A stretch of 64,000 bases of DNA from Octopus vulgaris (Eukaryota): positions 35,154,001 through 35,218,000 of the forward strand of contig OX597834.1 of the NCBI GenBank assembly GCA_951406725.2. Direction: 5' to 3'. The notes beneath the pieces are model-generated. The model was not told the origin of the DNA, ran no database searches, and was given only the letters and a program-made list of their open reading frames with translations. The position numbers and the translations under genes were made by a program. Below are positions 1-9,833 of this stretch, piece by piece. How positions within the stretch are numbered: position 1 is the stretch's first letter; every line of letters begins with the position of its first letter.

Positions 1-182
1 TGCATATATACACATTATTTTATTTAGTCGAATATTAGTTTAATTCACTATTAAGTAATAATTAATCTTATCTAAAATATAAAGATTAATTAGTAAATTT
101 AAAGGCGACTTTCATTTCACTGTCGCTTGATAACCAATTCATGGATTTCACTTTATTTAAAGCATCGTTTTCTTATGGTAAT

Positions 183-273
183 TAGGATTCTCTTTAGAAT
201 TTTAATTTCTTAGTGAATCGATCGGTAGGATTCTTTTTTAAAAGTTTAATTTCTTTATTAGTGAATCGATCGT
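183..273. repeat. Imperfect ~45-bp tandem duplication upstream of the snoRNA locus
   Basis: TAGGATTCT...TTTAATTTCT(TTAT)TAGTGAATCGATCG occurs twice (~183-224 and ~226-272). Confidence 0.7.
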
Positions 274-299
274 TGAAGAGTCGAGGCGCCCTGCGGGAA

Positions 300-380
300 A
301 TTGGCGGCAACCATGACCACGTGGTGTCGTCTATTGCATGTCTCCAGAAAACTACTACACGTGGCGGCTTTCTCATTTAG
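300..380 (+). promoter_or_regulatory. Candidate promoter/TSS of the snoRNA host transcript
   Basis: CpG-containing patch with two canonical E-boxes CACGTG (318-323, 358-363), followed by a pyrimidine tract CTTTCTC (368-374) resembling a 5'TOP/TCT start, just upstream of the first snoRNA. Confidence 0.45.
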
Positions 381-387
381 TATTACT

Positions 388-524
388 GCAGCTTTTCTAT
401 GATGACAACGATGACGAGTCTGAGGGCAATTTGCTGTCTTCGTGGTACAGTTTTTGTACTTTTGAAGTGCAGTTAACTTGCCATATCTGCTGCTTCTAGA
501 GGCATTTGTCTGAGAAATAGCTGC
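388..524 (+). ncRNA. SNORD15: Box C/D snoRNA, U15 (SNORD15) homologue
   Basis: Box C ATGATGA 399-405; GATGACGAGT followed by D' CTGA; AGAGGCATTTGT followed by box D CTGA 510-513; terminal stem GCAGC-TTTTCT/AGAAAT-AGCTGC. Both guides are antisense to 28S CAAAUGCCUCGUCAUC and match the U15 guides as recalled. Confidence 0.92.
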
Positions 525-711
525 TTTCAATACTTCATTCATACTATGCCCCGAGTAGTTTTTCTAACCTCTGTGGAACTTGATCTATATTTTACGTCAC
601 GAATTGGCAGGTTTTTCGAGAAACAGGCCGCACTAAAAGAAAATCGGGGTAATTTTTAGTTAGGTATGCAATTAAGGAGTCATGCGAGCTCCATATAATA
701 TATACTAATGG

Positions 712-823
712 TAATTTTTCGCTAGGCGTCCTTATTGTCTTAAGGGTCGTGGTGAGAAATAGTAATTTTTCGTTAGGGATTCCATTTAAAGTCCCGCAGG
801 TTCCCTCGTAACTGGTTTACAGT
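712..823 (+). ncRNA. Candidate box H/ACA RNA
   Basis: Hairpin (TTTTTCGCTA/TGGTGAGAAA, TCCTTA/TAAGGG), ANANNA hinge ATAGTA (759-764), second hairpin (GTTAGGGA/TCCCTCGTAAC), then ACA plus 3 nt at ~819. It sits in a plausible intron (649-848). Short for the class, and no target identified. Confidence 0.4.
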
Positions 824-981
824 AAATCGTTCTGCATTTTCTCTTTAGTTGGGGTTGGCAGGAATGTATCTGGTGTTCAGCTAGCAGTAATTTATAGTTT
901 TGATAATTATTAGTTTAAGACAAAATGCCTATTAGAAGTTATTTGTGTGGTTGAATTTTAATAGGGTCTGCGAAGGTGCTG

Positions 982-1054
982 TTTGCCCTGATGAATTCTT
1001 GGACTAGAGTCTCTGAAAAATTTTAATTTGAAGACAAACTGTCCACTGAGCAAA
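982..1054 (+). ncRNA. SNORD52: Box C/D snoRNA, U52/snR78 homologue
   Basis: Box C (C)TGATGA 988-994; guide GGACTAGAGTCT plus D' CTGA 1013-1016, antisense to 28S GACUCUAGUC (fifth nucleotide pairs with the U equivalent to yeast Um2421); C' TTGAAGA; box D CTGA 1046-1049; stem TTTGC/GCAAA. Confidence 0.88.
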
Positions 1055-1678
1055 TAATACCTTTCGTTATCTGTCGATCATGCCATATTTGTTCACATAG
1101 TGTATAAATTAGTGGTAGGCTTCGTGAGTCATACCGTAATTCGGTCTGTAATCGCAGCTTAGATTTTTTTTCGGCCAGTTTAATTTATAAGTTAGTCATT
1201 TTGATCGATTATCACGGGTTTTTTTCTATACGACCATTATTTTTTAACAGTAGGTTGTGATTTTTAGCAGAAGTGGGTTTCCGTTTTTTTTTTTTTTTTC
1301 CTCTGAAAATTTCCATGGACTGGGTTTTGGTTTCAACGGATTCACTTTTATTATAGTGTAGGATCGTTTTATTATGGCGCTGATTTTTTTTTTTTTTTTG
1401 TATTTGGTTATATGCAGAAATAGTTTACGACGAATACCTTTTCGTTCATGACTAGGGTCAGGTACTTCGTCTTTATGCCGGCATTTAGTTTTGTAGAAAT
1501 AGCAGCCAGCTCCTTAGGGGTAAGGAACTCTTAATGCAGTTTTATGATAGTAAGATAGCCGTATTGCTTCGTATTTAAGATTATTTAGATAAGACTTTGA
1601 CTTGGTATAGATTTCGTTTTAGTCATTTTTTTTGTATTTAACTATGGTGATACGTTATCTAGTCACAGTGTTTGAGAT

Positions 1679-1752
1679 GTCCCAAAAGTGATGATTTCGT
1701 GGATCGACTGATTTCTGACGATTAATCCTTTTGCCCCTATCTGATTTGGGAC
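1679..1752 (+). ncRNA. SNORD80: Box C/D snoRNA, U80/snR60-like (D guide)
   Basis: Perfect 8-bp stem GTCCCAAA/TTTGGGAC; box C GTGATGA 1688-1694; D' CTGA 1708-1711; C' CTGACGA; guide CTTTTGCCCCTAT plus box D CTGA 1741-1744, antisense to 28S AUAGGGGCGAAAG with one G-U pair (site equivalent to yeast Gm908). Confidence 0.88.
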
Positions 1753-1995
1753 ATTTCATTAGCCGCTATTTAACATCCGTTTTTCGTCCTAGCATGGGTT
1801 GGGTAGTTTGACCAGACCTAGTAGGGGACTGGTCGCATCAGGCTCCAACGTGGTGGCCGCAGCAGTATATGTGCACATGCCAGGGTGAATCGAGGAGGCG
1901 CATTTTTCAATGAAATTCGGACTTTGGTACAGATGTAAGTAAAATGTATTAATTCTCGTATTAATAAATTGTATCATTGGATTGATACCTCAAAA

Positions 1996-2062
1996 AGTAG
2001 GGTGATGAATGGCGTGTGAGCATTTGTGCTTGCAATAGTTTTGGTTCCTCTCTCTGAAGTGT
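1996..2062 (+). ncRNA. Weak candidate box C/D snoRNA
   Basis: GTGATGA 2002-2008 and CTGA 2054-2057, with an internal hairpin and a 10-nt antisense element GGTTCCTCTC. No good terminal stem and no clear C'/D' boxes. Confidence 0.3.
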
Positions 2063-2118
2063 TTTACCATGCTAGATGGTGATTTTTTTTTTTTTTTTTT
2101 TTTTACAATAAGCAAAAT

Positions 2119-2211
2119 TTCTGATATAATGATGAACACTAGGTCGGAGTACTGTGCTATTTCTAGCAGTGATGACTCTTCCACTCGTTCACTTTTTTCT
2201 GAATATCAGAA
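2119..2211 (+). ncRNA. Box C/D snoRNA, target unassigned
   Basis: Perfect 9-bp stem TTCTGATAT/ATATCAGAA; box C ATGATGA 2129-2135; canonical C' GTGATGA 2169-2175; box D CTGA 2199-2202; internal stem TGCTA/TAGCA. Confidence 0.8.
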
Positions 2212-2319
2212 GCTTATTCAGTACAGCACAAAGAATTGGTGTGGATGCTTGTGAAATAGAGCTTTTTGAGTTCCGGAAAATGTCCATTCTGTGAGATTGC
2301 CAGTGTGTAATAAATTTTG

Positions 2320-2840
2320 TGGGGGGTGGTGGTCTGAAAGGTTCATAGGCTAATAATGTGAGATCTATGTATCAATTTCCACCTTTCTTATTAATAACTG
2401 CATTCTCTCTTTCCAGGTGAACTTGACATTTGGCTGTTCAAAGAAGACTTAAAGTAACTGGTGTTGGCTTTTGAGATAGGACGAAATTTGTTATCAAGTA
2501 CCTGATATTGGTGTGGTTGCTATATCAGGGGCTGGCACTCCAGCTTTGCTAACAGTGCAAGAGTGGGGCAACTTAATTTCAGAGGGGTGGTAAGAGTCTC
2601 AAAGATTACCCAAGGTCCAGATGTCCTACAACTGCTCCCTTTGAGGAAAATGTTGGTCATGTTCACTGCATGCTGATGGACAGCAGGTGATTGACTGTAG
2701 ATCAGATGGCCTATGCTATTAGCATAGGACAGGAATATTCTCTGCACAATGAATCTGGCGATAGTTTCTGCTTGGTGGATGCCACGTTTTCTAACGCCCA
2801 ATGAAAAGTGCACAACACTGATCACATCATGGGAAAATCT
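2320..2840 (+). mobile_element. Degenerate mariner transposon 5' fragment
   Basis: TIR-like GGTGGTCTGAAAGGTTCATAGGCT. Broken transposase frame reads ...VSAWWMPRFLTPNEK, a WVPREL-type motif. Similar to 52450-52895. Confidence 0.7.
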
Positions 2841-5085
2841 GCAGTAATTGCCTTGGTTTTAAGCTATAGATTTCTAAAAAAATAGTGGAAGAGCAATGTT
2901 CTGTAAACAAAATGGAAATAGATCTATGTTAGCAATCTTTCCAACTTCGTACATATATTTTTATAAACACCTGCAAGAGAAAGTTACCAGTGGGAGGTCA
3001 ATGTAGAAATTTATAGTAAAAGTGGGAATGGTGTTCTAAAACATGGCCCAGATAAGTGAGGGGTCCACAATGGTATAGAACCAACAGGGAGACTGCAGTT
3101 GCTTGACCTGCTAAAAGTAGTAGCTGCATCAACCCCTTTCAGAATAGATATATTTGAGTTTTTTAGTGCATAGGAAAAGTTCCTAAATTTTTTCAAGCTG
3201 CTATCCCTTTGACACCCAGGCCACATTCCTAGGGCCCCTAGCCATCACAAACGCAGACCTCTTTCCGAAGCAAATTCAAAGCAACTGTATTTCACAAATA
3301 AAACTTGACCTAATAAACCCATTATTTTGTTGTCTTTACATGAATCACTACCCCTATTATCACCCCACTTTTCTTCAATGTCTCCAGGGGGTGCAAAGCC
3401 ACCCACTTTGGGAAGCACCGATGTAGTGTAATGGAGCCCAAGATGTACTATGACTGAAAGCATGGGATGTTTGTGGCTAAGAAGTCATCAGGCTGTTCAG
3501 TCAAAAGTGACTGTTTAACTCTTTACTCTGATCTCAGCATTGGAGATATATTTTAAATACTGGACAGGAGCACGTTCACATGTTTGTAAGGGTGAAATGG
3601 ATTTTGCTGAGGCAGATTTTCTATGAACTGATGCCCTTCTTGTCAGCAACCTTCACCTGTTTCCATTTAAGGTGATATTTCTTCAAAGCCAGACATGGTT
3701 TTTGAGAATATTAGAAATGAATGACATTTATTTACAGCAATCATGTGATGTCATAACAAGGAGACATGTAAACAGGCTTTATTCAGTCTCCAGGTTTAGG
3801 TCAGCCCAGAGATACAGTAGAAGACACTTGGTCATAATGTAGTAGCACTGAGCCTGAAACAATGTGGTTAGGAAGGAAACTAGCCACACTTGCTTAGTGT
3901 GGTATTTTGACCATATACCTGACTAACAGATGCACTCCACCAGTAGCATGCTGCAATGGTATACAGAAAAATAAAGCTCCACTGGTGTTAACGAGCTCAA
4001 AGGGTTAATTTGAATTACATCATAGCTAATCCAGATGATTAGAATCAGTGATTTATAAAGGTAGGAAATGAATCACTAATGCATTCTTTGTACAGAACCA
4101 TGTAGTAGCAATGAATCCAAGACATCAAGGTTGAGAAGTAATCTCAATCTTGCATCCCCACCCCACACACAAAAACTAATTGCAAGAAAGTTGTTTGCAA
4201 TGCAAACACCACCTTAGAAGTCAGTCTCCTGCCTTTAGAATTGTAAGAACCCAAAATGCTTCAGTATTCCAGTCATGACTCACCCAGTTTTCTTATTCCA
4301 TTTCTTACATGCACCAAAGCTGGTTGTGTTACTCCACTTGTTACAGAATAACAGCTAATGATAAAGTCCTAGATAGACTAACAAAAGCACGAGATGGTCA
4401 TGGCTAGAAGGTCATCAATTTAGTATAATATTGGCACAAGGTTAGCAATACTTGGGAAGGGGTAAGTTGATAATATTGGCCCCAGTACACAACTGGCATT
4501 TTATCAACCCCAAGAAAGATGAAAGGTAAAGTTGACCTTGGCTGAATGTAGAGACGAATGAAATACTAAGCATACTAGAAGTTATTTGTCCGCCCTTATC
4601 CACCAAATATGGAGGGCCTTATAGAAAGGCCTGCCCTTTCATGAGCATTCCTACCAACTAAACATAAGATTGGAAGTTAAACCACCTCCCTGATATGTAG
4701 ACTGTATTTGCTAATACAAGGGTCAGGTTTAGACAGAGTTATTGAACTTTGTAGTGTGGTCAACAAATGTTTTTACCTTGCCCCTAAACAGAAGCCTAAG
4801 CCCTATCTACTGATAGGGCTTCCCTAAACTTATATCCACAGGTTTCAGATTCAGTCCAACTACGGGGGAAGTGTCTTCTATAGCCCTGGGCCAACCAAAA
4901 CCTTTGGTAGACAAACTGAATGAAACACCATGTGTTTCCTTTTCTTAATTTTGCATCATTTGTTTTCAATCTTCTGTGGAAATTTATTTCCTTGAAAGGG
5001 AGGACATCCAGCCAGTGAAAGCCTACCTCCATTGAAGCTCGGAAAAGTGGATGTTAAAATGATGATTCTGAAAAAGGAAACTGCT

Positions 5086-5305
5086 ATACAAGGGGGTGCT
5101 GAAAAGTTCCTGATGTTAAGGATGTCACGAAAGGCCTGGTTGGAGACCCAACCTAAATTCTCTTACAGGGCTTAAAAACGCTGATGGACTGCTGCAATAA
5201 GTGTGTGAATCTGAGAGGGGAATATGTTGAATAAAATTGTAATCAACTGATTCTCCTGTATTTTCTTTTACCCAAGGCCAGGAACATTTCAGCACCCACT
5301 TATAC
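5086..5305. mobile_element. Mariner-derived MITE
   Basis: Terminal inverted repeats GGGTGCTGAAAAGTTCCTG / CAGGAACATTTCAGCACCC with TA flanks. Confidence 0.75.
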
Positions 5306-5788
5306 ATGAAATGAAAGAATTAGCCAATTCCTTAGCACATGCAAAAATTATAGATCAAAAAGTCGAGGAAACAAAGTCCCAGATCGATGGGGAACATTAA
5401 ACGGTTATGAAAAGATACTTTACTAAAATTCACAAAAAAAAAAAAAAAAAAAAAAAAAAATTAACTCCTGATTCAAATGTTATGATAATAGCAGTTAATA
5501 TAAAAATTTTGGGGTTTGACAAATTAATTTCATTGTCAATTGTAACCCTGAAACCATTTCCTCAAAGAAACAGACTTTAATAATGCATATTTTGGCATCA
5601 ACCACCTGATTTTTTTAAAACTCAGAAATTGAAATGAATCAAATCCTTGCCCTAGAGGCTTGAGAAAAGGAGCTGCATGAAACATGGCTCATCACCTGGT
5701 GGGTCACTATTAAAAATGTAGAAGTCCCACATGCCACAGTTTGTCCACAACTGTTTTGTATCATCAGAAACACAATCCTTCCTGTATA

Positions 5789-5980
5789 TATGAGGGGTGG
5801 GGGTGCTGAAAAATTCCTGGATTTAGATAAAAGGAAATACAGGAGGATCAGTTAATGAGTTTATTTAACATCTTCCCTTCTAAGATTCATACTTATTGCA
5901 GCAGCCCTTCAGTTTTCCTAAGCCCTGTAAAAGAAATTTGAAGGTTGGACCTCCTACCAGGAACTTTGCAGCACCTTATA
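5789..5980. mobile_element. Mariner-derived MITE, same family as 5086-5305 in opposite orientation
   Basis: TIRs GGTGCTGAAAAATTCCTGG / CCAGGAACTTTGCAGCACC; interior is the reverse complement of the 5086-5305 copy. Confidence 0.75.
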
Positions 5981-7934
5981 GTTTTTTGTTTTTTTTTTCT
6001 TTTGTGCCACTTTAGCATGTGGTCTAGCTGGGCATTTAAAATTTAGCATGCACTAATTGACCTAACCCAGACCAGATCTATTTCACAGCATAAACTCGCA
6101 TACTGCCTGCTACTGTATCTGTAAAGGATTGAGTTGGGTTTTTTTCAAGTATTCAATAAAAACAATAAATTGGGTTTAAAAAGTGTTTAATATAAAATGA
6201 ATACAAAACACTGATTTTTAAAAACTGACAAAGTAAAAGGGAACAAATGAGCAAAAATACAGAAATGTCCAACTAGGTTTTCTTATTTCAAATGGCATAA
6301 AAATCTAAAACATTCAAAGAAATTCAAATCTTATATTGGTAAATTGAATACAGAAAAATGCATGTGTATATGTATTTGGTTACATATAACCTTTACAAGA
6401 TGGGAGGAAACAAATTCATTAAAAAATGGGATTCCATCTTTTAAAGTAAAGAGAATTTTGTGTTAGTATATAATAAAAAAATTGGGTATTAACATTGAAT
6501 AGAAGACTTTTCAAATCAGCAATAATATGGAGCAAGTCCTACACAAAAAGTCTTTGTATTAAATATATTGAAATGACCAAAAATTTCATTAAAAAGTTGG
6601 GGTTGTTTTCCTAAACTGAACAATAGTTAAAACTATTTAAAGAACTTTGGGAAAATATATTAAGAACTGATGTTAATTTTTCAGTTGGAGGTATAGGTAA
6701 CAAGAACCCAATTTATAGAACAAAAGCAAAATATAATCAGCATTAATAGCCAGGGAGGTGGTATGGTTCTGTTGACTGCATCTTGAAGAACGTCAAAATT
6801 GAAGTTTCAATTGTTCACTTGTTCCAAATATGAAATCCAGAACATCTATCAGAGGTTGTTAGAAAAATCAAAGAACAAGCAGGAAAAAAATTGGGTTATG
6901 AACAACCCCTGGAGTTTAACATTTTGACCAAGCACAAGAGAGAAACTATAAACAATTGTATTTTATATTTAAGAATTCTACTGGTACTTAGTTTGGCTTC
7001 AGTAGGAATAAATAGCAAAGTCACCATCCACTTCTCAGAATTGAACTTGTGGCTCTATCATTCTTCATGACAATGAAAAATGTTCCAATTATAATTCACA
7101 CTCAATGAAACAAACATTAAAAATATTTTAACTCTTAGAGTAAAAAATACCTTTACAAGAAGTTGGGGGTGGGGATATCAATAAGATAATGTAAAAATTT
7201 TACAAAAACATCAGGTTAGTCTAATAAACAGCAACAGCAACTTAGTTTTTTTTTGTATTTTTTCTTTAAAGTGTTTGGTTTGAGAAATGCAATAAATATT
7301 TCTGGGAGCACTGAAGTAACTCAGAATATAACAAAAGGCACAACAAATGAAATATAGTTGTACTCAGGAGTTTAGAGGCGACCTGCCTTGTCTAAATATA
7401 ATGTCAGGAGTAATAAATATATTTAATACATTAAAATCAAAATCTCAAAGAAATTTATATATATCTCTATATATATATAGTAAGAAAAAATTTCATTAAA
7501 AAGTTAAAAGGTACTTTCATATTAAGACAGTCAATTTGTTTTTTTTATTTACTAAAGGATTAGTAAATATACTATTCCACTTCTAGAGTTAGTTGGCAGA
7601 CTTTTGGAATGAACTACCATTACCAGTAGAAATTTAGTGGAAAAGGACACAGAATTGGAGAGTGAAAATGTTAAAATTGTTTAGGCCAAAAAATTCTTTC
7701 ACAGAAAGAATCACCCAATTCCTTACCATTTTCCTTCTGCATAAAGTTGTGATAGCCAATTCCGAAAGTCTGCCAACTAGCATCTCGCGAGTGTAATAGT
7801 TTATCTACTAATCCTTTAATAAATAAATTAGCCATCGATAATAGAAAAAGTACCGATAAAAATGTTCTAGTCCCTCTCCTCACGAAAATATTTTGAGCCT
7901 ACCACTTTAAATGGTATGCAACAGACCGAGTCTG

Positions 7935-9833
7935 CTATTGAGATGGCAGCGTGTTGCCTGAATATTGAACATTTTGCATATAAGCAATACATGGAATAAA
8001 TGGAGTTTGAGAAGATTGACCAGTGGAGAGAGCAGTAGCTGTGGCGAAGTTCTGTGGATACATAGCATATAGCTGGTGGGTGTAGGTGTGTTGTGCCGGA
8101 TAATATACAGGTGTACTGTGGACGGGAGCGGTCATAGACGAATTATAGCGAAAAGAGGATACTGACTGGGGCGTAGAAGTAGAGGTTACGTTCGTGTTTT
8201 GTAACATGCTGACAGCTTTGTGGTACTCAAAACCAAGGTTGTAGAAGTATCTTAAAGTAGCCAAATCCGAGAAAGGTAAGTCTCTTCCGCACGGGTCTTG
8301 AGAAACTCCAACATTGAAATTTATCAAACTGTTCGCTCGCTCCAAGTAAGGAATCCAAATGTGAGGATTTATAGAAATTCGTGAAGTCATACTTACAGGT
8401 GCTGATAGAGAAGTCGGGTTATTGTTTACATTAGTAAGAGGTGGTTGATCACCAGTTACAAACATACTACTGCTCGAAGAGTCGTCAGCGCTTACCAATG
8501 TCGGCGGTAGAGACGAAGTCACCAACATTTCAGTATTTGATTGGTCGTATTCTAGCTGCTTACAGTAATGGCATTCACAAATAGCATTTTCATTGAATTT
8601 ATTTAAAGATTTATCGCTGTTTACTTTCTCTGCAACATAGTCGTCGTTTTCTGGGTTTGAACTATTAGGATATTTATGAAGACTGCGTGAAAATTTAGTT
8701 CTATTAGCTGTATTCAATTTCTTTTGGGTGTAGATTTTAGCATGGCGACTTCCGACAGATTTTTTGACTTTAGTGGAAGTAGTCAAATTACTAGAGACTA
8801 ATTGACTCGTACCATTCATATGTACAACCATTGTTACTGCTTTTCGGCACTTTCTACCGGTTTTCAATAGGTATCGTTCATTTGAAGGTACGTGTCTTAA
8901 ACAGTCGTAAGCAACTTGGCATTTCTTACCAAGTTCTTCCACATATACTTCAACATGTCCCTCCCCATCAGTTATTTCTTGAACATGAGCATTATATGTT
9001 CGGTCAGTTCCGTCTATTAAAACTTGGCATTTATCTCCCGGCTGAAATTCGGAAAGCCTTTTCGCCAATAACTCAGCTCTTTTAGCTTCTTGCCAGTTAT
9101 CGAATTCAACATTCCGAAAAATATCTGGATCCAGTGCTTTGGCAACTCTGTAAGGTAATGGAGGACTAGGTTTTTTATTCTCACATTCTTTTCTTGAACC
9201 AACACAGTCGAATTCCACATCGTTTTTCTTGTCACAAGCCAAATTTTTGTTGCTTCTAACACGCTTGCATTTATTTTGTTTCCGTAGCATATTCACAGCC
9301 TCTTCAATTTCGGTGGGCATTTCAAATACGTTGCGGTACAAAATATCATAAATCACAGACTGACAGAGAGCTGCTTCAGGTGGGAATGACTTTGAGTAGA
9401 CACTATCATAGTGAACACCATCAAAAAATAATAAAATTTGCTTGGTATAATCAGTTTTAGAGATGGAATATATACTATCCATACCAGTATAGATGAAAAA
9501 GTTTAGTTTGTATACGTCGGACAACAGTTTAATTTCTGTATAACTTCCACAAACTTCGCTCTCTTCGAAGCTAAAACTTAAATCAACGCAGGTATCTTTG
9601 TTGCAGCCACTTGAAAACGAACTACTCGAAGCCAATTTTTCTTCGACAGCTTTCTGTAGGTGGTCATGGAATGCCTGCGTATTGAACAACTGCTCTGAGA
9701 CAGCTCTGTAGAAACAGGAACCATCTTTGGGGATAGGTTTACGCCATAATCCTAAGCTATCCAAATATAAATCCACTTCGGTTCTCGGCTTGTTATTAAT
9801 ACTTATAACATTAGACAAGTTGTTGTCCCCCAT
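7935..9833 (-). CDS. Intronless OTU-domain deubiquitinase with Tudor domain (OTUD4/ALG13/ovarian tumor family), 632 aa
   Basis: Uninterrupted 1.9-kb ORF. OTU Cys box IPKDGSCFYRAVSEQL and His box GVHYDSVY; family motif PLPYRVAKALDPDIFRNVEFDNW; Tudor-like FQPGDKCQV...YNAHVQEI...VEVYVEELG; C-terminal GRDLP...LRYFYNLG motif. Confidence 0.93.
   Translation of the reverse strand: MGDNNLSNVISINNKPRTEVDLYLDSLGLWRKPIPKDGSCFYRAVSEQLFNTQAFHDHLQKAVEEKLASSSSFSSGCNKDTCVDLSFSFEESEVCGSYTEIKLLSDVYKLNFFIYTGMDSIYSISKTDYTKQILLFFDGVHYDSVYSKSFPPEAALCQSVIYDILYRNVFEMPTEIEEAVNMLRKQNKCKRVRSNKNLACDKKNDVEFDCVGSRKECENKKPSPPLPYRVAKALDPDIFRNVEFDNWQEAKRAELLAKRLSEFQPGDKCQVLIDGTDRTYNAHVQEITDGEGHVEVYVEELGKKCQVAYDCLRHVPSNERYLLKTGRKCRKAVTMVVHMNGTSQLVSSNLTTSTKVKKSVGSRHAKIYTQKKLNTANRTKFSRSLHKYPNSSNPENDDYVAEKVNSDKSLNKFNENAICECHYCKQLEYDQSNTEMLVTSSLPPTLVSADDSSSSSMFVTGDQPPLTNVNNNPTSLSAPVSMTSRISINPHIWIPYLERANSLINFNVGVSQDPCGRDLPFSDLATLRYFYNLGFEYHKAVSMLQNTNVTSTSTPQSVSSFRYNSSMTAPVHSTPVYYPAQHTYTHQLYAMYPQNFATATALSTGQSSQTPFIPCIAYMQNVQYSGNTLPSQ

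Larger units (their letters stand above)
368..2300 (+). ncRNA. Putative non-coding snoRNA host gene (GAS5/UHG-like architecture); boundaries approximate
   Basis: At least four same-strand C/D snoRNAs in 1.9 kb with no credible ORF. Short candidate exons with AG/GT borders lie between them (611-648, 849-886, 1101-1123, 1418-1461; strong donors GTGAGT 1124 and GTAAGT 1935). Confidence 0.65.

Noticed and set aside
194-542. Short minus-strand ORFs (60 and 94 aa)
   Set aside because: No recognisable domain; they lie antisense to the U15 snoRNA and the promoter candidate.
545-800. Possible RNase MRP RNA (CCCCG...CGGGG, AAAGTCCC)
   Set aside because: The P4 elements are incomplete and in the wrong order and spacing.
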